Made by a program: the position numbers and the translations under genes. The notes below the pieces were generated by a model. It searched no databases, was not told where the DNA came from, and saw only the letters and a program-made list of their open reading frames with translations. DNA of 64,000 nt from Enoplolaimus lenunculus (lineage: Eukaryota): assembly GCA_030248215.1 (NCBI GenBank), contig JASANG010000753.1, positions 434,001 through 498,000 on the forward strand. The letters run 5' to 3'. Of the stretch, positions 52,801-64,000 are shown piece after piece (the first letter of the stretch is position 1; the number at the start of each line of letters is the position of its first letter).

Positions 52801-55800
52801 TTTTAGTTCTGTAAAGCTAAACTACAATGAATTATTGGTAACTTAACTCGTCAAAAACAAATTAATAGGTGAATGAATGATGAATAATTTTTATGCAACA
52901 TTTAACAACAAGTAGGCCTAAAGTTAAAATGTCAAAGTTCCGATTACGATCGATTGTGCAATCAGAATCGCAACTGGTTTTGAATCGGAATTCGAATCGC
53001 AATCGATATTCTGGTTGCACCATGATGATTAGGCTCGACAAACTCTTAAAAAATAACCAGCCATGATTGAGCACTGCTGTCCAAACTGACTTCAATATTT
53101 TATCCCGATGTTGATCCCATCGTCCAATCCCTGTTGGATACAGCATGATTGCAGGTCCACCTTCCCAAAACGACCACGCAGGATACATTATATCCAGATG
53201 CGTCGAGTCCTTTACTAGAAGTATCAACAAAACATTAAATACTGTTCCATTAAACAAACCAGTCAAAAGCCTTAACCAACGGTTTTGAGTTTTCGATTGC
53301 TGACTTAAATTTTAGTTATGTCAAAAGTAAATCAAATATATACGTATACCACGATAATTAGCTGTGTTTAAATTAAGCTATCAAAAATATTTCTTTATGC
53401 CTTACACTTGGAACCTTGACTACTATAATAGAGAAAAATAATTGAGAATTATGCAGCATCCACAATAAAATGTCACGAGCTCCCACAGAAAATGTTATAA
53501 CCTCAGGTCAACACTCGAAAATTTTTTATTCCAAAGTTTCTACGTTTAACCTCGAAAATTTAAAAAATTTCCGAGTGTTGTCCTTAGGTCAACACGTTTT
53601 CATCGATTTATATATTTACATACAATACACATAAAATTGTTATGTGTGTTACTATCGGTTGATTAGTATTAACCTAATGTTAATAACAATTTTGTGTGCG
53701 AAATTTTTAAAATCTCTCCTTTTTGTTTTTAGGTACAGAGGTCCAAAACAAAAAAACATTGTTAAACATGCGGTTCCTCACATTTGAAGTCGATAAAGTC
53801 ATGGCTTATGTAGATAATTAACTTTTACAAAGAATTAGCCGTTTTAAAATGTGCGTAAAAGCTACTAAAATTGGTGTTTTCGCCGGACTGCAATGGATTA
53901 GATTAATAAACTTTAGAATAAAATTTGTTTTTGCTGAAACTTAAGGTATAGCTCGGTCTTACGCGCAGGCATAGGAAAACGCTTAATATTGTTACGGCCG
54001 TCTCCTATACATTGGCCCAACACTCTCAACAGGTAATGCGAAATGGCTAGTTTTCACACACATAAAAGAAAGGCATAGTAAAACAACAAAACTTTTATCT
54101 TAGTTCCGGCAGATGCATTTCCATGTTTCAAAAAATTTTATGATAGATTTTAGCCTACATTTTTTGCTTAGGCGTAGGCTTACGTTACAATCTTTTCAAC
54201 GCTTAGGCTTTAGGCTTTATGCTCCAGCTCAATCTACTGCTACGGCCTAGTTACTTTGTATTTATAATAATAAGACAAGGTGTGATGCACACTTGTGTAT
54301 TAATTTAAGCATATACTCATTTTTTCATTCAATAGTAACGTGCTGTTGGCCGAGTGACCGTGAAATTCGTTAAATATCGCCCACGAAGTTGTCATTTTTA
54401 TACAACAAAACAGCCCATGTAAAGATCAGGGGCGGAAAGTGTTTCGGCGGGCGGATTGCGGATTAGCTTAAATAAACTTTCGATTAAAACTTATTTTTGG
54501 TTAGAATTAGGCGCTTAATTTACTACCACGATCTTCCCAAAAATTTCGCATGTCAGAAAACCTTGCTCTTATACACTTAAGAGTGTACTTCACTATGTGG
54601 ACTGCTCGGATTGTTGCCCATAATACCTGAAAACGTAAAAAAGTAAATACCTATTTACGAAACTTACGGAAAATGTGAAATTTCTCACCCATATTTCTTG
54701 CCTTAACCTCAGGTTAACGCTCATCAACAAATTGTGCATGTGCTGTGTGTATGTGGCTGTATTTGAAAGTGTTAACCTAGGATTAATGCAAAATCTTCGA
54801 TAACCACAGGTTAACACTCGAAAATTTTAAAAATTTTCGAGTGTTAACTTAAGATTATGGCATTTTCTGAGAGAGCTCGTGTTATGTTACAGCGGATGCT
54901 ACATTACAGCACTAGTTGCATTAACAAAAAATGGAGACTTACCTTGCTAAATGAAAACAGTGGCGGTTTGGGTTCTGGCCAAAAATGCTTTATCTGTGGC
55001 CAGTCACGAGTATTGAGCATCAACTCTAAATCCGGAAGTTTATGAGCTAGACGTTGAAGAAAATATTCCACGCCACTACATCTGAAATAAACGTTGAAAT
55101 TCATCATGTTCAGTTCCCTAAACTATAAACAACAACTAAAGGCTTATATTGCATAAAACTGTCTTAACATACTCCAATGTTTGCAAAATGTTTCGATCTA
55201 CGGGAGAAGTATCTCGTGTCTAGAAACTGACCTTGCCGGAAACATACAGTCTGCTTCTCTATAGATTGCATGATTGATAATTTGATAGCGCGCTCCGCGT
55301 TCTGATATTGAATCTAAAGTTCCTTTTTCTATGCCGGAACGTTTCCATGGTGCAAGATCTTTGTCAATTTGGCTGAACATTTAAAACGTGTATTGAATCA
55401 TATGATGTTAAAGTAACACAAAAAATTTACAAGCTTTTTAAGTTTACTCATTGCTGCGTCCGCTACAGGATATATATTCCATTTAAAAAATGAATACATG
55501 CAATTAAGTGTGCATAACGCGTACTGTGTACGTATGTAATACGATTTGCCAAACGTAGGCATTACGTAAACAAGCTGCAAACAAAAACTGAATAACAAAA
55601 ATAGCAGCAACAAAATGTCTACTTTTTATCGTTACCATAAATTTATAATTTTCAACGGATACTAAAAAGTCTAACCTCTACAAAATCTTTTAGTTACCTA
55701 GCATAACAGCTGCAGTTGTCCGAAGTACAGTCACTAAACTGCTTCAAACTTTCAGTGATCAACGATAAATATCGTTCCCATTTATTGATTTCTATAAACA

Positions 55801-56223
55801 TTAAATTCAAATTTGAGTATGCAAGGCACTTGAACATTCAATATAACTCACTCGTCTTTGCTATTGGATGATGACTGAATAAATAGCAGCCAAATCACTC
55901 TGTCTGTATACCAAACGCTAAAAATAATTTTTTTGGTTTCTGCTTCTAATTTTTTAAAAATATATGCTAAACAAATACCGATATCGTGATAGCTGCCGCT
56001 CTATTTTACAAAATTTGATGTATCTAATAACTGAGCAGCTATTTTACGTTGTCTTACACTTTGCGATTTGCTTGCTGACTATACCTTTAGTGTACTTTGC
56101 AGCTTTTTTGTCACTAGATTCATCGCACGTTTCTCCAGAATCCAGATCACAGTGCAACTCGTTTGCGATGCAGATAACTATAAGATTAACCGCAAGTAGC
56201 TTGATTAATAATGATTTTTGCAT
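49811..56223 (-). CDS. POGLUT1: Protein O-glucosyltransferase 1 (Rumi; CAP10/GT90 family), ~411 aa, 10 exons
   Basis: Exons (minus) 56223-56085, 55791-55698, 55372-55232, 55081-54943, 53209-53091, 52381-52222, 51652-51594, 51265-51098, 50427-50371 and 49970-49811 sum to 1236 nt in frame. Signal peptide; motifs [77 protein letters not shown]. Confidence 0.95.
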
Positions 56224-57337
56224 CTAAAACTATACACAGGTTTCATTTCCACCTTTAACGCTCAAAATCATCACTAGCTAAGTATTTACATAGCTAAAAT
56301 TTGATTTTAAATCAATTCGACTTAATCTGTAACTAACGCACCTAAAACTTTTAGATATCCGATTTAAGTACTAATGGCTAAAACTTCAGTCAGCATAAAC
56401 GGTATGTATTGTATTAACGTCGAATTCTATCATTTATAAAACACAAAACTTAAAAAAGGTTTAATGTGTCTAAACGTTAAACATACGTGTTAAAAGATTG
56501 CAAAGACAGGACTTAAAGTAGATCGTATACCAAAGTATAATTCGACCTTAAAGTCGGGCAACACACAAGGTTTATAAAGTCAAAGATGTTGAACTTGAGC
56601 ATAGCTCCCAATGGAGTATTTTTCTCATTACAAAATCAGCTATTGAAAAAATTCTGTCATTTAGAGTTTACTCCTTTAAAATCTTGTTTTAAATTAAAAG
56701 CAGCAGTTTTATTGTTTGTTAATAATGAAGTTATCAAGTTATACATCAATTTTGGCAAGTAAGTCAAGCGCGAGACTACCGTGAAAATTGTGCGACAGTA
56801 AGAACACGGTAGATTCTGTTGGTTTCAAACGGTTTGTGGGCAAAAAACAGGGTGCAACCGGAGGTGAAAATACCGGAGCCAGAGCCGGAGGTCAACGAAA
56901 CTTGCCGGAGCCGGAGGTGAGGCGAAATTATGTAGTAAAAATGATGTTAATTAGTTAATCTTAGCCAATATCTGCAATATGTTGTTAATAATTTGTTCGG
57001 TTTTACGTTAATTTTCTGGGAATTTTCGAAAATTCTCTTCTGAAAATTGTGACAAAAGTAAAGCGAAACACACTAAACAGATAAATTTTGCTAAATTGTG
57101 TAAAAATTTTACTACCGAAATTGCCGAAACCTCCGGCAAAAATTCTATTGGAGCCGGAGCCCGATTTTCTGCCGAAGCCGGAGCCGAAAGTAGACCTCCG
57201 GTTGTACCCTGCCAAAAAGTAAAAAACATCTTTAATTTGGTATCGCATATATGGGGTTTGTCACGAATCTAAAAAAATGTCGCCAACAGTTCAAGTTTGG
57301 TGATAACGACTTGACGTAAATTTGTTCAACAGCATTT

Positions 57338-60052
57338 ATGATGATCTCCTTATCTTTAGCAACAGTGTTTATTGTTACAATATCAAAAGGATTATCAATT
57401 CACTGGTCGGTTAATAATTTTCCGTCGCCTCAGAAAAACCCAACCCACTGTGGTATTCAAAAACGAGGTTGGATTTGCGACCCTGACAGCGTTCTCGCTG
57501 GCGAAGACCGTGAAGCGCTGAACGAAAAAGCTGAAGTAAGCTGCCAAAGCAAGTTTAGGAAAATAATGTACTTTAAATAAAAAATTTTGAAATGTTTTTA
57601 AATAAAGTTTGATGTCTGAAACTTTTCCATTCCGAATCACTTTTTTGGTTGTTTGTCACAATTTAATTCTGATGCAAGCGACTTCAGGTATGCACACAAA
57701 TTTGTATTGCTCATTGAAAACGACATTTTGCTAATTGCAGGAATTTCATACCGCTGTAATTGGAAAATGTGTTGCTCGTTGCGGAAATTGTACAGATAGA
57801 CCTGGTGTATTCATTGGGATTGCAGTTGCGTATACCATTGAAACAAAACACATGTCCAGGTATTTTGAATACTGTGTATTTGCCTTTATATACGTGGAAT
57901 ATAACAAGAGTGCAACCGAAGAAAATAGCCTAAGCGTAAAATACCTATTTAAGCCTAAGCAGAAAACAGTGTAAAGTTTGAGCTTATACGATTGCAGTTT
58001 TATATAGAGAAACGTTTTGCTCCGGATCTTTACATGGGTCCAAAATTTAAAAATATATAAATGCTGCCTATAAAAATGATTTTAATACGAATTACAGTCG
58101 AACAACTATTAAGTTCTATTCACACGTGCAAGTTTTTGCTGCGAGAACTTGCAGCTGCAAATTGCACGCAAACTTGCATTTTTCATAAGCCAATAAAGAA
58201 AGCGGCGGCAATATTAAATTCAATGAATTTGCGTGCTTGTTCATGTGAACTATATTCGCAGCTATGATTTTAATGAATTACTTTCCAGCTGCAAGGTTTT
58301 GGAATGGTATTTTGGACAAAACTTGCAACTGTAAAGTTGCAGCTGCTAGTTCTCGTAGCAAAAACTTGCACGCGTGAATAGGGCGTTAAGTGCTTTCCAC
58401 TGGCTTTTTGCAGCTTTCATTCCGATGCGAAACAATTTGCAGCAAACTTGGCAGAAAAGAGTTGGCTTTTTAGTCGTGATTTCAATTATTCATCGCCATG
58501 CGATAATACATTGATCATTCTTCTAGTCGGTGAGCTCATATTCAGTTCTCAGATACGATTAAAAACACAACATATACTGAACCTTTGGCCCATGCAGGTA
58601 AACAAAGACGCGTGCCTAAAAGGCAAAGCAGGGAGCAACCGGAAGTTTGGTTCTGTCTCCGGCGAAAAACCAACTTCTGTCTCCGGTAGAATTTCAGTCG
58701 TACATTCCGTTTTTATTTCCATAGTAAAAATTTTCAATAGTTGTACAAAAACATTTCATCGTTCAGTGGATTGGGTTTTTGATGGAACAGTTTTTAGAAG
58801 ATATTAAATTTCAAGATTTCTAAAATACAAAAATAAAAACAAATTTTTGACAATTGTTTTCTGATTTTATACTTCCTTAATATTAACAAATTACATATCA
58901 CTTAAGTGTTTGCTAACAACAACTCCGCTTCACCTCCGGCTCTGGCAAAACTTGTTGATCTCTGTCTGCAGCTTGTGTATTTTTCAGTCCTATATAGTTG
59001 CATCCTGCTAAGCATAAGTCTTAACATTTATAAGCCGAATCCTAAAAATAACCTTAAACCTAAACCTAAAGCGGCACATTGAAATACGCTTCTACATTGC
59101 TACACGGCTGTCATTTATACATTGACCGCCTTAAATCTAACCCTAACCATAAAACATAAGCCTACTCTTAAAACTATGGCCTACACCCAAGCGTAAATCG
59201 TCGTAGTCCTTACGTTGCCAAGTCCCCGTATCAACGTGGACAGGGCCAAATAGGGCCTAAATTTTCACACGAGATAAACACCGTGTATTTAATAATTTGA
59301 AATCAGGTAGTCTAATTTTAACAGCGTCACAGCTTAAAACGCTACCTATACCAAAATTTTCATTTTAAACGGAGTGTATATATTCAGATCGGGGTATCCG
59401 CGTTTTCACTTAAAGTTCACATAAAAAAGTATTTCTGAATTTATTCAGAAAAGTATTTTTGTGGCAAATCTGAAAAGTTTTTCTGATATTTGAGACAATT
59501 TTTCTAAAAATAACCGGAAAACGTTTGTTTTCAGACTTTATTTAAAAGCTTTTTTGAAAACATTTCTATTATAACAGAAATACTTTTCAAGTGCATCTTG
59601 CTAATTATATTTCTTAAATATAAGAAATTTTTTCTTAAATATCAGAAATATTATTTTGAGTGTTGAATTGGAAACGAAACATCTGAACATTTATTTTACT
59701 TTATTTGCCTCGTTATTTGCTTCAATTCTCAAACGGATATCAAATCTCTTTTTTAGGCCAGAACGGAATAATCGAAATGTATGGCGGCAAAGACGTGCGC
59801 TACTACTACGAGCTTGATGATGTTGTTCAACAAAATGCTAGACACTTTCAGCATCGAAACCAACCTCAACGCTCGAGTTATGCTCGTGGCCTACACGCTT
59901 GTTTAGAGTCTTACTGGGCGAGATTGAGAGCGCATCGTTACGAAGGAGGCGAGTCTGCTCCAAACAGCTGGACTTGGATTGTTGTAGGAGTATTTGTTGG
60001 TATTGGTAGCGTTGGATTATTATGCGTTTTTGTCAATGTGATGTGTAAATAA
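57338..60052 (+). CDS. TPM-domain single-pass membrane protein (MOLO-1-like)
   Basis: Exons 57338-57535, 57741-57859, 58414-58529 and 59757-~60044/60052 join in frame. Signal peptide; FPSPQKNPTHCGIQKRGWICDPDSVL is typical of metazoan TPM/MOLO-1 proteins; FAANLAEKSW...CDNTLIILL; C-terminal TM helix WIVVGVFVGIGSVGLLCVFV. The 3' end is uncertain. Confidence 0.75.
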
Positions 60053-61418
60053 CACATAGCTCTAAGCCACGGCCAAAGCCACGATACAGCCGTAGGCCTG
60101 AAAACGGTAGAAAATCGACCTCCGGCTCCGGTAGAATGTTTATGCTGGTGATTTCGGCAATTGTGAGCAACTGAATATAGAAGTTGCACACGAGCAATAC
60201 ATAAATTTTTCGCCGTGTTGAACAACTTTATTATATCCGAGGTATAAAATCACTGGAAGACGTAAAAGCCCCTCACGCTCGAGCGTTCAGCTCCTATAGC
60301 AGAGTGCTCATCGTATTAACCCCTTCTCACATTGAGTTGCCTATAGGCAACTAATCGCAGTATATATACGTTAAATAATGTAATATCGCACCGTGTTTAA
60401 CAATTGCAACACGTCTTACAAATACCAAACCACCACCAGACGGGCGGCCCCCCGGGGGCGGGCGCCCCGCCCCTATCGGGGGGGGGTGGGGGTACACCCC
60501 CCCCCCCCCAGTCTCCGGAGCTCGAACCCCAGAACACAAGTAGGCCTCAGGGGAAAAAAAAAATATACAAAGGAGAAAGGGAAAAACGAAAAATTTTCTT
60601 TTTTTATCTTCAAACCCCCCCCCCCCCCCAGTCTGGGGTTCCACTCACCCCCAAAAAAAAAAATAAAAAAAAAAAAGACAGCAAAGAAAAGGAGAGGAAC
60701 TGAAAAACAAAAACATTACCCACACACTAAAAACTAACCCAAACCAAAAACAACATCCACCCCCCCCCCCTCCCCCACCCATGACTAGGAAGAACAAAAA
60801 AAAAAGAATAAGGAAGTAGAAAAAGAGAAAGAAAAAAGAAGAAAAAGAGCAGCGGAGAGGAAGAAGAAAGGGGCGGGCCGCCGGCCAAGAATAAGTGCAG
60901 CAGAAGGAAGAGAAGAGAGAAGAAAAAAAAAAAAATAAAAAAAAAGAAATCAAAAAAAAGGACGGGGGGGGAACGAACTTCTGGGACCGGAAAAAAATAA
61001 ACTTAAAACTAAATTTATTCTTTGCTTTGGATTTGGCATTGGTACAATAAAATTCAATTCAACTTACTCTTACTCACAATAAAATAAATTTATTTTTTAT
61101 GCAAATGAAAAAAAAATTATTAACACAACGCTCCATTTCACTACCCCTCCCAAAAACAACAACAAAACAAAAAAAAAATTAAAAAAAAATAAGTCCGAAG
61201 CGCTCGTTTGCCGAACACCCCGGGTTTTATTAAAAGGATAAACCACATTTACATCAACGAAAGCAATTATATAAACCAAAGAAGGCAACAACATATTATC
61301 ATAACATAACAAAGGTCCTTGAAAATTACCCATTATTCTACTCTGCTTGCAAGGATATTATTCAGAGCAAATATGTTAAAAAGCACACAAGAAACCTAGT
61401 TTCAGAACAAACTACAAA

Positions 61419-64000
61419 TCAGGTACGCTGAGAAAAAGACATTCGAAAACCCAGCATGCTATCATTCTGTCGGGTTATTGTTCCAAAAACCTTAAAAAAA
61501 CATTCTTCTTTTAGATACAGCTTAAGTTTGCACAAATTTCTATAAACATTTTCCTGAAAAACATCAACAACACAGACATTTTCATTGTTAAACTCGAGTT
61601 TACATCGAGCACTCCATATTGCCAATTGTGCATGTTGGACGATGAAATTAAAAGCTATTCTCTTTAATGGGTCGTGAATATTTCGTCCCAAAATTAAATC
61701 CGAAATCGTTATTTCATTTACTCCAGCTACCTGTTGCAAAACGGGAGTAATGAAAAAACTAATTTCTTGCGCCCGCAAACAATAAATAAACACATGAACA
61801 TTATCCTCCCGCACTTCAATTCCATCCAAATAACAAAACGAACATATATTTGTCCCATCTGTAAAATGACTAGTGCGGTGATTAGTATACAATGACTTGT
61901 GTCTTAACCTAAAATGGACGTCTCGCGCAGAGCCGTCAACATATTTCGCTTTTGCCCATATCCATGATCGCTCGACAAAAATAGGTTCAACTCCTAGCTC
62001 GTCTCGCCAAAAAACATGTTTAGGATGCATGAGTCCCTTATACACAGCGTGTATCCACATTTTATACAATTTATTTGCCGACACTGTTTTTAAGGATAAC
62101 TTTTCGCCAAAAAACCAACAAAAATTTCCATCCATTTTAAAAGATGACTCAATCATTGCAATCCGTATCTCTTTATATAACTCCGGTACATCAATGCGTC
62201 TCAGTTGACGTTTAGTCGAAAACTGAACTTGCCGAAAGAAATGTTCAAAACATCTCTTCCAACTCACAACTTCGGTACCTCTTAATATTCGAATATAAAA
62301 CATTAAACGATTCACTTTCAGTCTGACAAAAATATTTGGGAAATTTATCCCGCCGTGTCTAGGTTGTAAAAACAGGATATCCCTTCTAATAATACTAGCG
62401 GTGGACGGGTACCACAACCACTTATAAACCACATTGATAGTTTCCTTCACTAGTTGCTCAGGGGGTGTTACTAATTTTATCAAATAATTAAACATACACA
62501 AAAAATAAATGTGAACAAGATGTATTTTTCCAAAAACAGAGATACCTCGGGGCGGTATTCGCTGTTCAAGACTTGCAATTGCTTCATAGCACTTTATCCA
62601 ATTTTCAGGAACATCGAGTCCCTTTGAATCAAACCAAAGGCCATAAATTTTCACTCTTTCAACAATAAAGCGTGCATATTGATGGGGTACAAGTGCGTTC
62701 CTTAGATCGCCCATTAATAGTATCTGTGTTTTAGTTTCCTTTAGTCGGCTGCCAGAGGCCTTTTGAAATTTTTCAAAAACATCAAAAACCACACTTATAT
62801 CTGAAATCCTACTTAGAAAAATATTAGTGTCGTCGGCAAACTTAGTCACTCGGGTGTTAATGCCGTATAGTGGTATCCCCGAAATTCTTGAAGTTATTCG
62901 AAGATAATGAGCTACCACTTCCGCTGTTATGACATATAATGACGGCGATAAGGGACACCCTTGTCGAATTCCACGGAAAACATGAAAAAATTCTGACTTA
63001 AAACCATTAACTATAACAGATGATCTTGTACATCCGGGTTTATAAATACATTTGATCATGTTTAAAAAGTTTTCGCCAAAATTCATGACCCTAAGTGTCT
63101 CAAAAATAAATGACCACTCCACCAAATCAAAAGCGGCTTTGTGATCAACTGATAGCAGCAACGCCTTTGCGTTGCTTTCATTGGCATAATGAATAACAGA
63201 CATGACATGTGCAACACTGTCTTGGATAATTCTGTCGGGAACCGAGCTTGTCTGATCCGGGTGGACTAAAGATTTCATGACCGATTCTAATCTTTTTGCC
63301 AAAACTTTCGTAAAAATCTTATAATCTATATTCAGCAACGTAATTGGCCGCCAATTATCGCGACACGTTTTCCTTCCATTCCCTTTATATAATAGGGTAA
63401 TAACACCATCATATGCGGAGGAATTGAGCTTAAGATCATCCAAGAACGCGTTATACATTTTACACAAAAATTCAGATAATATTCCACAAAACAGCCAATA
63501 GAATTCAACAGAAATACCATCGTATCCCGGCGTCTTTTTACCCTGCATAGATTTAATAGCGCTCGCTATTTCAACTGACGTAATGGGTCCCTCTAAAGTA
63601 TTTTTTTCCACCTCACTCAACTTGGAAAGACCATTTTGTGCCAGAAAAAAAGTGAGATCTTCTCCGCTTATCCCTTCCGATCTGAATACGTTGGAATACT
63701 GCTCAGTAATTTCACCTAGAACTGCATCTGAGTCTGTTACTAACGTGCCATCAGACCTTTCGATCGAGCTTATATGCCTGGCTTCCCAGTTCTTACGTTG
63801 AAGAGACTTGACTGTTGCTAAAGAGGCGTTGTCATTTACCTCACTACCGTAGTACGTATTATGCCTGCAAGAAGCAATATAAAATGCATTCAATAATTCG
63901 ATTTCATTTTTTAGCTTTTTAAGACCCGATCTGAGATTCGGATTGTTTGGATACTGTCCTATCAGCATTTGTACATTAATAACTTGGCTCTCTAATGATT
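61419..64000 (-). mobile_element. Non-LTR retrotransposon (Tx1/L1 clade) ORF2, 5' part beyond the window
   Basis: Uninterrupted frame of >849 aa open to the window edge. RT motifs KTPGYDG, NWRPITLLNIDYKIFTK, DHKAAFD, GIRQGCPLSP, FADD; C-terminal C-x2-C...EDNVHVFIYC zinc-binding motif. Confidence 0.93.

Noticed and set aside
60351..60953. Pro/Lys/Gly-rich ORFs
   Set aside because: They fall in low-complexity, probably mis-called sequence.

Overview
AT-rich, intron-rich invertebrate animal DNA. It is probably an early-branching nematode, inferred from TTAGGC telomere-type motifs, frequent TTTCAG acceptors and a C. elegans-like RPL21 signature. Six spliced genes were reconstructed by eye: a secreted neuropeptide-like precursor (5608-9635 +), a YAE1-like gene (15638-16600 +), RPL21 (17798-21060 +), a full-length 17-exon major vault protein gene (35644-46729 +), POGLUT1/Rumi (49811-56223 -) and a TPM-domain MOLO-1-like membrane protein (57338-~60052 +). 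The window ends in an intact-looking Tx1/L1-type LINE ORF2 (-). Non-coding DNA is dense with MITEs (Merlin-, hAT-, EnSpm- and piggyBac-like) and tandem repeats. The most striking structure is at 14082-15218: two different miniature LTR retrotransposons (TRIMs), one nested in the other in opposite orientation. Each has a PBS, a PPT, a 5-bp TSD and a tRNA-like Pol III cassette inside its LTRs. About 60420-61330 looks like low-quality sequence. All calls are from manual reading; no database searches were run.
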